Notes: generated by a model from the sequence alone, not told the origin. Shown: positions 20,467-30,744, counted from the first letter of the stretch. The stretch: DNA of 64,000 nucleotides from Candidatus Kaiserbacteria bacterium (GCA_027083345.1 JALWOZ010000010.1:7301-71300); one strand, 5' to 3'. Program-made: numbers and translations.

Positions 20467-20863
20467 ACAACGAATGTAGGATTACTGCATTTACTAGTCC
20501 AAAGAGTATATACCATCGCTTCTTTAAGGTCGAGAAGGTTATAATCAAAACTGTGAGCATATGCATAGGCATTGTATACAATAATCTCTGCCCAAATATA
20601 CTCATGTCTCCAATCTGCAATATGTTATTTAAGTACAACATACTCTCAGAGAGTCCAAACAATAATCCAAAAATAGCAGCCGCTATCAGCTTACTCTTGC
20701 TACTACTTAACCTACTTATGAGTACAAGTACCACAAGTGCTTTTACTAGCTCCTCTACAACCTCTGAGTAGCCGGTGAGCGCAACCACAGGTATAAGCAC
20801 CATAGGCAATATTAACCCAGCTAGTATTATAAATATAAAGTGTATTGGATTATTGTTTGGCAT
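20441..20863 (-). CDS. Minimal PrsW-family (glutamic-type) intramembrane protease
   Basis: EELVK, FGLSE, PMH, HSLFN motifs in 140 aa. Confidence 0.8.
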   Translation of the reverse strand: MPNNNPIHFIFIILAGLILPMVLIPVVALTGYSEVVEELVKALVVLVLISRLSSSKSKLIAAAIFGLLFGLSESMLYLNNILQIGDMSIFGQRLLYTMPMHMLTVLIITFSTLKKRWYILFGLVNAVILHSLFNQVVSWL

Positions 20864-20867
20864 AACA

Positions 20868-23800
20868 TTACTTGAGCACCTCTACATACTCCCCTGAGAC
20901 CCAACCGTCTATGCCCTTGGGGATTATTATATAATACCAACCGTCCTTCTGTGCCTCATACACATACTCCTTGCCCGGCAAAACCTTGCCCAACTTAGTT
21001 GAGCTAGCACTTGGCTTGCCTCGTACATTTAGCCAACCTGTCTCTGTGTCTTTAACCTTAACTTTAGATACTAATTGTCTTGTAGAAGTTGCAATAGATT
21101 GCTTAACAAGGGAGTCGACAGAGGTGTTTTGTAACTCACCTTTATTCTTAATACTTTGAGTAAACGTACTTATATTTGTTGAGGTTGACACCTTCTCAAT
21201 ATTTACAGATTCCACAGTGTTTATGTTTTTATCATACACTATTGGTTCTTTATCCTTACTCATAAATGCAGGTACAGATAACATAACCATACCTATGACA
21301 AAACCAGGAAAACTAACTAAAATAAGGACACCGATGGCACTACCACTAAATACCTTTATTATATGCACTAATCGCCCCCAAAATGTCTCAGGATCATGCG
21401 CCTCTGCAGATATATCCTCAATACCCTCTTTTATAATTAGAGTCTCTTGAGGGTAACGCAGACCTGGTATTCTCCTACCGTGCCTACCTAAGGCAGTTAT
21501 AAGTAAAGTCTGTTGACGCCACATCGCAAAGACAATTGCTGCTAGTAGACCAAAACCAAATACTATAGCTAACACTATACCCCAAGTAGAGAAGGTTTGT
21601 ATACCTCCAATGCTACCCACTAACCCATTTGAAGCTCCTGAACTGGTTACTAAATCTTTTAATTTATTCATTAATTGATCAATCTGTTTAACCTTACCAA
21701 CATTATTACGATATACAACTATATGTCTCTGTGGAGTAGAGTAACTCGTAGCTTGAGATTGGGCAACACTATCTACTAAAGACTTCAACTCCTCTACTAA
21801 TAATGTACCTCTAGCCTCATATTGAGTACCGCTTAATACCTTAGCATAACTCTCTGCTTGCTTTTTAATATTTGCTAATTCTGCCAAATCAAAAACCCAG
21901 ATATCGGTCATCTCTACCTTCTTGGTTATAGACTCCCCTCCACCAAGAGTTATTTCAGCGGATACAAAATAATTTTGAGCATTGGGGTCATACTCAACCT
22001 TTAACCCGTCTGCATTCATAATACTCTCCGGTGTAGCTTCTTTTGGCAACAATTGTTTAAATTTAACCAATTGTTTTTTATCGCTAGGGTTTGTAATTAT
22101 AAAATGCAACTCTACTGAATTAAATTTCATAAATGTCTCTACTATAGGTGCTGTACCATTATTTGTAACAACTGCGTTAATTGTGTTAGAGACGGCTTTA
22201 AGCTCACTAAGCTTATTTTGCACATCTTTAAGTGTCTCAGTATTTTGCTCACTTACCTGTAAAAGCTTTTTAAGGCCGTCTACTTTTACATTTATATTCA
22301 CTTCTTTAGCGCCATCAAGAGCCTCTATAAGTTGCTGAGATGTTAACTGGAGTTGGTTAATAGTACCCACACTACTACCAATAATTGGACCATTGCCTCC
22401 ACCAGCTGAGCTAACCGACTCCTCTACAGCAGTGAAGGAGCGTGACGCAGACGACGACTCTGTGCCATAATAGTTGACCACTTTAAACCAGTAGTCTCCA
22501 ACATCTGGCACGGTTGCTGTAAGAGTCTTATTAAAGTCTACCCCAGGAGTAACCAGCTTGGCCGCTTGACCGTAGTATATATCATCGTTACCACCACACT
22601 GATTGTCTTGCGAGTCTACCACACACCACTCGTACTGATATTCATATGAGGCATTACCCTCATTAGAGATTGTAATATCAGCAGATATAGAGTCTACAGT
22701 AGAATCAGATATTGAGTTAATTATGACCTGAGATGGAGCTCCGGTAGCCTGCCAATAATCTACCTTGTGTAAAGTATTACCACCAACTACAACTGTTACA
22801 TCGGACTCATATAAACCTGATGTAGAGCCAGTGGGTAATGCATATGTATATTCATATTCTCCGGTACCAAGTGACGTCATCGTAGTAGTAGCAACCGCCA
22901 CAGCCCTAGATGCATCATAAATGACTATGGTGGGTGTTGAGTCTGCATCTGTTGGAGTTGTCTCGTAATCCTCTATTGTTAATTTAGTCCTATAAGTATT
23001 ACCAACTTGCACAGCATTTGGGCCACTAAGCTCTACATTATAGAGAGATTGTTGAGAGCTACGCAAAGCCGACACGGCAGTAGCCAAAGAGTCTATCTTA
23101 GTGTCTACTGATGAGAGCAACGTATTGATGCTGTTGACCTTAGACTGTATGTCCGTAACTTTAGTCTGTATATCCGTAACTTTTGTATTTGTATCCACCG
23201 TAGTGCTGGCGATGGTATCTACCACCGTGTCTATAGTGTCTATCTTCGTCTCATTGGCATTAACCTCTGTGATAATGTCTGACTTCGCTGCACCAAGTGA
23301 ACCTGCGGTTGTATGCTCAGAGAGTTGCTCATCAAGTACGGAGTCTGCTATGGTAGCCTTTGACAACGCGCCGGTATTTATAACATTACATCCATTACTG
23401 TTATCTGTGAGCTCTACATTACCTCGCACCACTACCGTGCCGGCCGTACAGGTGGTATCTATTATTGCATGACCGGATACAAAGTCCATACTCACAGAGT
23501 CAGATGATCCTGTCTTATTGATCAACTTAATCCCTCCTGAGTACCCTCTTAAACTCAAATTATGCCCACTGCCACCGAAGTCTATAATTGGAGTACTCGT
23601 ACCCGCTACACTACTCCTTGAGTCTATTATGTTAATTGTCTCATTGCTTGAGCCGGTTAAAGTTGTGGTGGCTGAGGTAAACGCTGAGTTAAATATAACT
23701 CCGGTAAATCCAGACAAACCGTTAACAAAACTATCTCTAACCACAACATCTCCATTAACCGTACCACTAAGAGTAAGGTTATCAAAAGATGCTCCGGTAG

Positions 23801-26800
23801 TGTCTCCTCCACCTAAAGTCATGGAGCTCACATTAGCCGAACTACCACTAAAGGCACAATTCCGTAGCACAGCCGAGCCAGGCACCGTGATAGGCCCTCT
23901 TATAGAGTAGTGTGTTAGAGAGTTAGCGGAGCCGATAGTAAGAGCGTCTGTAATGTTATCTACCGGGTGTTCTTGATTACCCATAGGGTACACTGTGCCC
24001 GAGCTACCTGATATACTGTCTATGTACACAGAGGCATTTGCAAAATCCTTAAATCGCTTTAAGAGCCCAACAGGGGTTGTTGAGATATAAGTTGTGCCAT
24101 CATTGATTATCTTAACTTTAGCCTGATACACATCTTCGTCAGGCAAGCCGGACGGAGATTTGCTAAAGTGGAAGGTACCATTACTTGAAGGTGAAGAGCT
24201 TGTGGCATTATAAACAACGGTACCACTATTATTCTCTATCCATACCTCGGCACTTGTAGGGTTTGATATAACCGCGCCGTTAAGCTCTAGCCATGCATTA
24301 ATCTTAAGTGTGTCCGTATCTGTCTCAAAGCCTACTGCCGCCTTTGTTTGATTGAGCACACTCTGTGCCGTCATTGTGAGGTTGAGTGTGCCGTCTGTAG
24401 TTATGCTCTGCGTTGTCGTCTTGGTATTATACCCCACCTTATCCATAACAATATCAAACGAGCCATACGGCCAAGAGTAAGTAAACGGACTGCTTTTAGA
24501 TGCAGCACCGGTGCCGTCCCCGGGGTTAAATGTGATACTGCTAAGATGGTCTGAGGTAGACGAGTCTTGCACATTCACCGTCATACTTGCATAACGGATT
24601 GTAAAGTCGGCATCCGACTCGTCATAAGCGTCTGAGTCTGATGAGTCTACTATCTTGATCTTTGTTGTAGTGCTATTTGAAAGGTCTGGGAGTGTCCAAG
24701 AGTATGAGCCTGTGTTTGACGTTGATGTAGCTATTGTGTATGGATAGCTTGAGCCACCATCTGTTGAGTAAAATATGTCAACACTTGAGACACTTCCGCT
24801 TGTCGTCCAGCTTATTGTCTTGCTCGGTGTTAGAGCTATCCAATATTCAGAGCCGTTTGGAGAAGTTATGGTAAGTCCACCAACTATCTTATAAGTGTCA
24901 GAATCATCTTGTATGCTCTGTTGGTCAGAGATTATACGCACCTTTGTACTTGTGCCCTGCTCAGAGCTTGGGATGTTTGTCCATGAGTATGAGCCTGTGC
25001 CAGACGCACCTATGGAGACTCCCGTAGCTATTGTGTAGTCAAAGCCGTTACCGTCTCCACTGTCTGCCTTGAGTGTTACTGTTGTTGCCGGCGAGCCCGC
25101 ATAGCTCCAAGTAATTGTCTTACTACTCCCTACTGCCCAAGCGTTGCCAGAGGCGGGTGCGGTGATAGTTAATGAGCCCTCTGTGGTAAAACTCGTGCCT
25201 GTAGAGTATGTAGACCACGCAGTGCCATCGTGGTACCGGACTCTAAAATAGTAGGTAGTGTTAGCTGCCAGCTGTGTGGCACCGGAGAGATTGTTGGCAA
25301 AGGTGCCGTTAGAGCTATTGATAGTTGTACTCGTCTCTGCAGAGCCGGCAGTACGCGTCCACTCCGGAGAACTAAAGTCTGAGTTGTCGTCCACCTCCCA
25401 TTGTGCATTGGTCTGAGCATCACTATCTGCATCACTATATGCAGATGCAGAGAGAGTCGTATTGCGCACCTGCAGAGTTGCGCCATTTGTCGGGGATGAG
25501 TTTGTTGGAGTATTTGGGGGCACATTAAGAAGTGTATAATCTACTGTCACACTCTTAAGTTCTGGTGTATAAGAGGCATCATGACTGTCTAAGAATGCTT
25601 TATATTGAAAATACTGATTGTCTGGAACATTAGTCAGTGTGAGTGTCGGTGTAGTTATGGTGTTGGTCGTGCCCCACTCATAATAGGTAGAGGCTGTGCC
25701 ATCTGGGCCAGCGAAACTCTCTCCATTACAAGCAGAATCATTACAACTCCTTACTTGATACTTCATATTCAAAACTCCTCGTTTATAGATATTTGCTATC
25801 TCAGTAGCTGACAAAGCCCTATTCCACACCGCCACTTCGTCAATAAGCCCATTCCAATTTTCAACACTTCCACCTGAACCATTAGAATAAGCACCAATAC
25901 TTACCGGATCGCTATTTGAACTTAAAGTAACTGAACCGACATTAGTAGAGCTTTCTAATGTACCATCAACGTAAATCCTCGCATATGTGCCATCGTACAC
26001 TCCCACAACATAATGCCATTGGCCATCAGATACACTAGTTATACTATCACCAGAGTTAAGCCAACTTCCGTTATTGATGTAGAATCTTGCCTTGTCCGCC
26101 CCAGAATCCCATCCTGCACCTAAAGCAAATACTCCTGTGGCCGGTGTCTGTGTTTGTTTTCTAACTATAGAACGGCCTGTCCCTATATTTCCATCGGTAC
26201 CATCCCATCTAACCCACGCTCCCGCTGTTATAGATGTAAGACCATCCAGAGCATCTATATCTCCGAAAGTGATCCAATCATTACTACCGTCAAATCCTAT
26301 TGCATCATTTAACTTTCCAGTTTGGGCATATAACGCTCCGTTATATGTACCACTATTCCCTTGTCCAGATGAATCAGTAATAGTCCCTGACGCCTCATTG
26401 AGATGTGCCAATAGCTTATTACCTGTCATATCAATATTACCTGTGGTGTATGCCGTCTCTACTCCCGCATTATCTGACAATTCCTTACCGATTGGACGCT
26501 CTGGAGTCCACGCAATAGAATTCCAAGTAGCGTTTGCTGTTGCGTCTTTGATGGCTGAGGTATATGAGCCCGAGTGTCTCTTTTGATGTTCATATATAGA
26601 GTGTATCTCTGTGGTACTCAACTCTCTATTCCACACAGCAACCTCATCCAAAGATATATTTGCAAAGCCGGAAGTGCCGTTAAACTCAGATCCTAATTTA
26701 AGAGTATAGCCCGAATCGTCTATACCAGAAGTATTCGTATGGCTTGCACTAGCCCACGAAGCTCCATCTTTATATAACTTAAATCCTGTTGGAGTCATAA

Positions 26801-27620
26801 CAAACACTATATGGTGCCAAGTATCTAATGTAAGCCCACTACCTTGTGCCAGTGCAGCATTACCGCCAGAATAACAAAAGAACTCAATTTGTCCCGCACT
26901 AGTGAGTCGTGCACCACATCCAGATGCCCCATCAGATGTGTCAAAAATATAATTACTAGTAGCAAAGGTATGCGGATTAAGCCACAAACTAACCGTCATG
27001 GTAGTATATGCATCAATATTCTCTCCTGTGTCTATATAATCATTAACGCCATCAAACTTTATAGCTGTACCCATCTTGGCTGTCTGAGAATATGTGGGTC
27101 CTCCATTTACCGTACCAGTATTATTATTACCAGAGGTGTCTGCCACAGAACCACTAGACTCATCTAGATGGTAGAGAAGCGTATTACCTGTCATGTCTAT
27201 CCAGCCAGTAGAAGTCGCATTCTCAGGGAAGGTGTCTAATATATTATTAGTATTAGTACTCTCAACCCAACTATTAACCCCATTCCACTGCGTATAATTA
27301 TATGTACCAGCATCAAAATTAGCTTGTGAGTTATCTACAGTTGTGGCTGCCTCAGTGGGGCTGGCAGAGTAGAGCGTATACGCCCAGTAACCAGCAAAGG
27401 CCAATGTGCCTAATACCCAAATACCTAGCAAGAGACGCAGTGGCCTAAATGTAGGACTAGACATTATGATTTTTATATCTCCTAACGTCGTAGGCTTTTG
27501 GGGTCTTTTAGTCTTAATTTGACTATTATGCCTGTCTTTTATATCATTCTTAGAGACCTGTCTTAAATCTAAAACAGTATCTTGCCTAACATTATCTTTA
27601 ATATTTTCATCACTACTCAT
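20868..27620 (-). CDS. Giant surface protein: TM, 2x LamG, Ig/FN3-like repeats, coiled coil, 2 TM, C-terminal SH3b
   Basis: Two LamG units (FDGVNDY/FDGSNDW, WHHIV/WHYVV, DEVAVWNR), NSSPTNG/YYFRVRY, ITSPNGSE, heptad VTDIQTK, LNVRGKPS...GWVSGEYV. Confidence 0.85.
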   Translation of the reverse strand: MSSDENIKDNVRQDTVLDLRQVSKNDIKDRHNSQIKTKRPQKPTTLGDIKIIMSSPTFRPLRLLLGIWVLGTLAFAGYWAYTLYSASPTEAATTVDNSQANFDAGTYNYTQWNGVNSWVESTNTNNILDTFPENATSTGWIDMTGNTLLYHLDESSGSVADTSGNNNTGTVNGGPTYSQTAKMGTAIKFDGVNDYIDTGENIDAYTTMTVSLWLNPHTFATSNYIFDTSDGASGCGARLTSAGQIEFFCYSGGNAALAQGSGLTLDTWHHIVFVMTPTGFKLYKDGASWASASHTNTSGIDDSGYTLKLGSEFNGTSGFANISLDEVAVWNRELSTTEIHSIYEHQKRHSGSYTSAIKDATANATWNSIAWTPERPIGKELSDNAGVETAYTTGNIDMTGNKLLAHLNEASGTITDSSGQGNSGTYNGALYAQTGKLNDAIGFDGSNDWITFGDIDALDGLTSITAGAWVRWDGTDGNIGTGRSIVRKQTQTPATGVFALGAGWDSGADKARFYINNGSWLNSGDSITSVSDGQWHYVVGVYDGTYARIYVDGTLESSTNVGSVTLSSNSDPVSIGAYSNGSGGSVENWNGLIDEVAVWNRALSATEIANIYKRGVLNMKYQVRSCNDSACNGESFAGPDGTASTYYEWGTTNTITTPTLTLTNVPDNQYFQYKAFLDSHDASYTPELKSVTVDYTLLNVPPNTPTNSSPTNGATLQVRNTTLSASAYSDADSDAQTNAQWEVDDNSDFSSPEWTRTAGSAETSTTINSSNGTFANNLSGATQLAANTTYYFRVRYHDGTAWSTYSTGTSFTTEGSLTITAPASGNAWAVGSSKTITWSYAGSPATTVTLKADSGDGNGFDYTIATGVSIGASGTGSYSWTNIPSSEQGTSTKVRIISDQQSIQDDSDTYKIVGGLTITSPNGSEYWIALTPSKTISWTTSGSVSSVDIFYSTDGGSSYPYTIATSTSNTGSYSWTLPDLSNSTTTKIKIVDSSDSDAYDESDADFTIRYASMTVNVQDSSTSDHLSSITFNPGDGTGAASKSSPFTYSWPYGSFDIVMDKVGYNTKTTTQSITTDGTLNLTMTAQSVLNQTKAAVGFETDTDTLKINAWLELNGAVISNPTSAEVWIENNSGTVVYNATSSSPSSNGTFHFSKSPSGLPDEDVYQAKVKIINDGTTYISTTPVGLLKRFKDFANASVYIDSISGSSGTVYPMGNQEHPVDNITDALTIGSANSLTHYSIRGPITVPGSAVLRNCAFSGSSANVSSMTLGGGDTTGASFDNLTLSGTVNGDVVVRDSFVNGLSGFTGVIFNSAFTSATTTLTGSSNETINIIDSRSSVAGTSTPIIDFGGSGHNLSLRGYSGGIKLINKTGSSDSVSMDFVSGHAIIDTTCTAGTVVVRGNVELTDNSNGCNVINTGALSKATIADSVLDEQLSEHTTAGSLGAAKSDIITEVNANETKIDTIDTVVDTIASTTVDTNTKVTDIQTKVTDIQSKVNSINTLLSSVDTKIDSLATAVSALRSSQQSLYNVELSGPNAVQVGNTYRTKLTIEDYETTPTDADSTPTIVIYDASRAVAVATTTMTSLGTGEYEYTYALPTGSTSGLYESDVTVVVGGNTLHKVDYWQATGAPSQVIINSISDSTVDSISADITISNEGNASYEYQYEWCVVDSQDNQCGGNDDIYYGQAAKLVTPGVDFNKTLTATVPDVGDYWFKVVNYYGTESSSASRSFTAVEESVSSAGGGNGPIIGSSVGTINQLQLTSQQLIEALDGAKEVNINVKVDGLKKLLQVSEQNTETLKDVQNKLSELKAVSNTINAVVTNNGTAPIVETFMKFNSVELHFIITNPSDKKQLVKFKQLLPKEATPESIMNADGLKVEYDPNAQNYFVSAEITLGGGESITKKVEMTDIWVFDLAELANIKKQAESYAKVLSGTQYEARGTLLVEELKSLVDSVAQSQATSYSTPQRHIVVYRNNVGKVKQIDQLMNKLKDLVTSSGASNGLVGSIGGIQTFSTWGIVLAIVFGFGLLAAIVFAMWRQQTLLITALGRHGRRIPGLRYPQETLIIKEGIEDISAEAHDPETFWGRLVHIIKVFSGSAIGVLILVSFPGFVIGMVMLSVPAFMSKDKEPIVYDKNINTVESVNIEKVSTSTNISTFTQSIKNKGELQNTSVDSLVKQSIATSTRQLVSKVKVKDTETGWLNVRGKPSASSTKLGKVLPGKEYVYEAQKDGWYYIIIPKGIDGWVSGEYVEVLK

Positions 27621-27841
27621 ACTTTATAGTACATAGTAGCATATTTTATACACAACAATGCATAAATATTAACAATCGATAATAAATACTTTAGATTTAT
27701 ACTGCTGACTGATGCGGTCTAGAACCTTAGCTGGTCAAGCCGTTGCAAGGTATTATAGCATATTTTTGCTAATTAATTTTATGTGTCTCGGTAGGTCTAT
27801 TTATTCTGTAAATGCGACGAATTCGACACATATAAAAAGAG

Positions 27842-28174
27842 CTATATTTTTTCTATCTCAATACCTAGGACACCATATTTTTTCTCGTCTTCTTCCGAAT
27901 AGAATGTATACATCTTGGTATATTCATCTGTACTTATTGAACCATAGGCCTCAGGGGCAAATGATTCGAACAAAGCTTTAAAAGAACCAAAGTGATGTAG
28001 TCCAAGCACTCTCATTTTTAATTTAGATGCTGTATGTGCAACATTAGTAAAAACTATCTCGTCACCAATTTGTACCTGTTGACGCTTTTCATCATTAAGA
28101 CGGATTTCTATTTTCTTACTTCCTTCAAGAATTAAGTCAAATGGTGTTGCTTGCAATTTCATTTGGTGAATCAT
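27842..28174 (-). CDS. ASCH domain protein
   Basis: GSKKIEIRLNDEKRQQVQIGD, YGVLGIEI; start at MIHQMKL. Confidence 0.88.
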   Translation of the reverse strand: MIHQMKLQATPFDLILEGSKKIEIRLNDEKRQQVQIGDEIVFTNVAHTASKLKMRVLGLHHFGSFKALFESFAPEAYGSISTDEYTKMYTFYSEEDEKKYGVLGIEIEKI

Positions 28175-28295
28175 ATAAATTATAGAATAGCATATTAACC
28201 GATACAAATGAAAGAGTGACATAGTGGTTATATAGCATGCCAATTATGGTACTGAAAATATGACCCTCTCGGTCATTTGAATTGTCACATTACTG

Positions 28296-28366
28296 CTGCC
28301 AGACTAGGATTCGAACCTAGATAGCGGGTACCAGAAACCCGAGTCCTACCATTAGACGATCTGGCA
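28296..28366 (-). tRNA. tRNA-Gln(CTG)
   Basis: TGCCAGA/TCTGGCA acceptor stem, CGGGT-TT-CTG-GT-ACCCG anticodon arm, GGTTCGAATCC. Confidence 0.95.
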
Positions 28367-28367
28367 A

Positions 28368-28390
28368 TACTTCGCGCTACGCGCTACGAA
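28368..28390. repeat. Short palindromic element abutting the tRNA-Gln 5' end
   Basis: TACTTCGCGCTACGCGCTACGAA, a bulged hairpin TTCG-CGC-TAC-GCG-CTA-CGAA. Confidence 0.5.
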
Positions 28391-28482
28391 CTGCACAGCA
28401 ATGAAGCTGTCTGCAATTTATACCATTTTTCTAATATTTTTCCACTTATGTCTTATCCTCTGTCTAATCGTTATCAACATGG

Positions 28483-28510
28483 TGTAAGAAAAACTTAATA
28501 TAATCGTCTA
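28483..28510 (+). promoter_or_regulatory. Putative ECF sigma promoter, copy 1
   Basis: TGTAAG-N16-CGTCTA. Confidence 0.75.
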
Positions 28511-28555
28511 TACTTAAAAGGTACGTATAGAATTAATAAACTTAATAAATAAAAT

Positions 28556-29170
28556 ATGAAGACTAGAACAAATAAATATACAAGGTTGACTACATTAACA
28601 ATTGCCACTATCTACGCAATTATTTTTTATGCTTATCCGGTTAACGCTCAAACGGATTTTGGTCTATCAGAGAGCGATTTATCTGAATTAGACTCTATGT
28701 TAGAAGAGGTGGACTCCGCAACTAAAGACATTGACCTGGCAACACAAACACAAAATAATGATGGTCAAGAAGATTTTGGATTAGGTGATGGTAGCAACAA
28801 CCCAACAGTAATTGATATAAAAAATATGACCGACGAAGAGCTACTAAACTTAGACATCAAAGACGACTTCTTAAGTGATAACTTATTAGGAGATTTAGAT
28901 AAAGAGATAGTGAGTCGTGAGTACTCTCCTATAACCTCTCCAGAATGGGACTCTGTACGCAGTTTTATAAAAGAAAATGAGAAAGAAGGCTCTGTAGACT
29001 GGCTAGAAGCTATGCCAGACATTGAAACTGGAGAAATACACTTAAAAGGTGTGGAACACAAATCTCTATTTGGTCTATTTGGCATAGATTTAGAAGTATC
29101 TCGTATTATAGACTCAAATGGTAATCTAAAGACAATAAACAGACCTTGGTACTCCATCTTTGCTTGGTAA
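28556..29170 (+). CDS. Secreted acidic hypothetical protein
   Basis: Signal peptide ending VNA-Q, Asp/Glu-rich body, C-terminal RPWYSIFAW. Confidence 0.75.
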   Translation: MKTRTNKYTRLTTLTIATIYAIIFYAYPVNAQTDFGLSESDLSELDSMLEEVDSATKDIDLATQTQNNDGQEDFGLGDGSNNPTVIDIKNMTDEELLNLDIKDDFLSDNLLGDLDKEIVSREYSPITSPEWDSVRSFIKENEKEGSVDWLEAMPDIETGEIHLKGVEHKSLFGLFGIDLEVSRIIDSNGNLKTINRPWYSIFAW

Positions 29171-29198
29171 TGTAAGAAAGTGGGAGTTATTACGTCTA
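29171..29198 (+). promoter_or_regulatory. Putative ECF sigma promoter, copy 2 (autoregulatory)
   Basis: TGTAAG-N16-CGTCTA upstream of the sigma gene. Confidence 0.75.
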
Positions 29199-29253
29199 CA
29201 ACAATATATCCGCACACTATACAAGCCTATCGTGTGCAGATATACTCTAAAGC

Positions 29254-29805
29254 ATGACAGTAGAAGATGCCTTTAACAAAGCATATGACGATTATGCCGA
29301 TGCTCTTTTTAGGCATTGTATGTTTAGATTGTCTCACCGCGAACGTGCCTTAGAGTTGGTACAAGAAGCATTTATGAAGACTTGGGACACAGCACAAAAA
29401 GGAGAGAGAATTAAAAATTGGAGAGCTCTTCTGTATCGTTATCTTAATAATCTAATAATAGATGAATATAGGAAAAAGAAGCAGGAGTCACTAGACTCCA
29501 TATTAGACAAAGAGGGTGTTAGTGAAGCCAACTTTGCAGACTTAAAAACCAACTCATTGGAGGAGGTCATAACCCTACTAGACTCTAAACAAATTGCAAA
29601 ACATCTAAATATGGAATTATATAAACTACAAGACAATTACAAACGAGTATTGATACTAAGATATATAGATGGATTACGCATAAAGGAGATAGCTAAAATC
29701 CTTAAAGAGACAGAGAATACTGTATCTGTACATCTAAATAGAGCATTGAAAAAGTTAAAAAGCAATTTACTTAATAATGACCCCTTAATAATGCAAAAAA
29801 TATGA
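29254..29805 (+). CDS. ECF RNA polymerase sigma factor
   Basis: Region 2 (ELVQEAFMKTW, NLIIDEYRK) and region 4 (LRYIDGLRIKEIAKIL...VHLNRA). Confidence 0.93.
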   Translation: MTVEDAFNKAYDDYADALFRHCMFRLSHRERALELVQEAFMKTWDTAQKGERIKNWRALLYRYLNNLIIDEYRKKKQESLDSILDKEGVSEANFADLKTNSLEEVITLLDSKQIAKHLNMELYKLQDNYKRVLILRYIDGLRIKEIAKILKETENTVSVHLNRALKKLKSNLLNNDPLIMQKI

Positions 29806-30743
29806 TGAGTAAGGTAGACAAAAAAATACAGTATCTCTTGAAGTCTCTGGGTAGAGGTATACACATGCACGTAAGAGAGAAAGAGGCTATGCGCTCACGA
29901 TTACAAGAGTATATAAGACTCAAGCCAATTAAAGTAGAAAATGTAGAGAAAAAATACATTTACATAAACTTTAAAAAGTATTTTGGATATAAATTTATAC
30001 CTGCTCTACTTATAATTATACTATTGGTTGGCTCTGGAGGAGCTGTCGCCTTTGCTTCCGAGTTAGCACTGCCAGGAGACACCCTATATGGAGTAAAAGA
30101 GTTTATTGAGGAATCTAAAGCAAAAATATTGATAAGTGATGAAGCCAAGATAAATTGGGCAGAACAAAGAGCAAAAAGACGTGAGCAAGAGGCAAAGCAA
30201 CTAGCTAAATTAGGTCGACTAAACGAGAACAATAGCAAGTTGATAGAAAATAAAATATTAAAACATAAATTACATGTACAAAAAATATTAAAAAAGATTG
30301 AGAAGCGTAATCCCGCAAAAGCCAAAATTATTAAAGCTAGACTACACAAATTAATACTAACCAAACCAAAGAGACGAGAATTGCATGACAAAAAAGGCGT
30401 TACTGAAGATCACCCGTCTTTTGTAGAGAAAGTTAAAAATAAGAGAAGTTTAAATACAAAAGATGATACCAAAAGACAAGGGATTAGACGAATTAAGATT
30501 GAGAATATTAAGAAGGATTTATTTGAAGTGCTTAAAAAACAACAAGAACAAAAACCTAAATTAAAGAACATTAATAAAAGTGAAGAGCATAAACAAAATA
30601 AAACAACCACAAGAAAACAAATTAAAGATAAGCCACTTGAACATAGAGAGGTTATAAAGCGCTCTGTTACAAATAAATTAAAAGATAGACGCAACAACAT
30701 AAGAAAAATAAAGGAGGAGAGTAATCCCCATAAAGAAGAGTAG
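29802..30743 (+). CDS. DUF5667-domain membrane protein, putative anti-sigma factor
   Basis: Overlaps the sigma stop; N-terminal cytoplasmic part, one TM, ALPGDTLYGVK motif, Lys-rich tail. Confidence 0.75.
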   Translation: MMSKVDKKIQYLLKSLGRGIHMHVREKEAMRSRLQEYIRLKPIKVENVEKKYIYINFKKYFGYKFIPALLIIILLVGSGGAVAFASELALPGDTLYGVKEFIEESKAKILISDEAKINWAEQRAKRREQEAKQLAKLGRLNENNSKLIENKILKHKLHVQKILKKIEKRNPAKAKIIKARLHKLILTKPKRRELHDKKGVTEDHPSFVEKVKNKRSLNTKDDTKRQGIRRIKIENIKKDLFEVLKKQQEQKPKLKNINKSEEHKQNKTTTRKQIKDKPLEHREVIKRSVTNKLKDRRNNIRKIKEESNPHKEE

Positions 30744-30744
30744 G

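Noticed and set aside
27700-27750. preQ1, c-di-GMP riboswitch or HEARO/omega RNA
   Set aside because: Only short motifs match (GGTTCTAG; TTGACCAGCTAAG). The required pairing partners and any IscB gene are missing.
27781-27831. Integron attC site after the ASCH gene
   Set aside because: The inverted repeat lacks RYYYAAC/GTTRRRY core boxes, and there are no other cassettes or intI.
20441-28296. Genomic island integrated at the tRNA-Gln 3' end
   Set aside because: No repeated tRNA 3' fragment and no integrase found.
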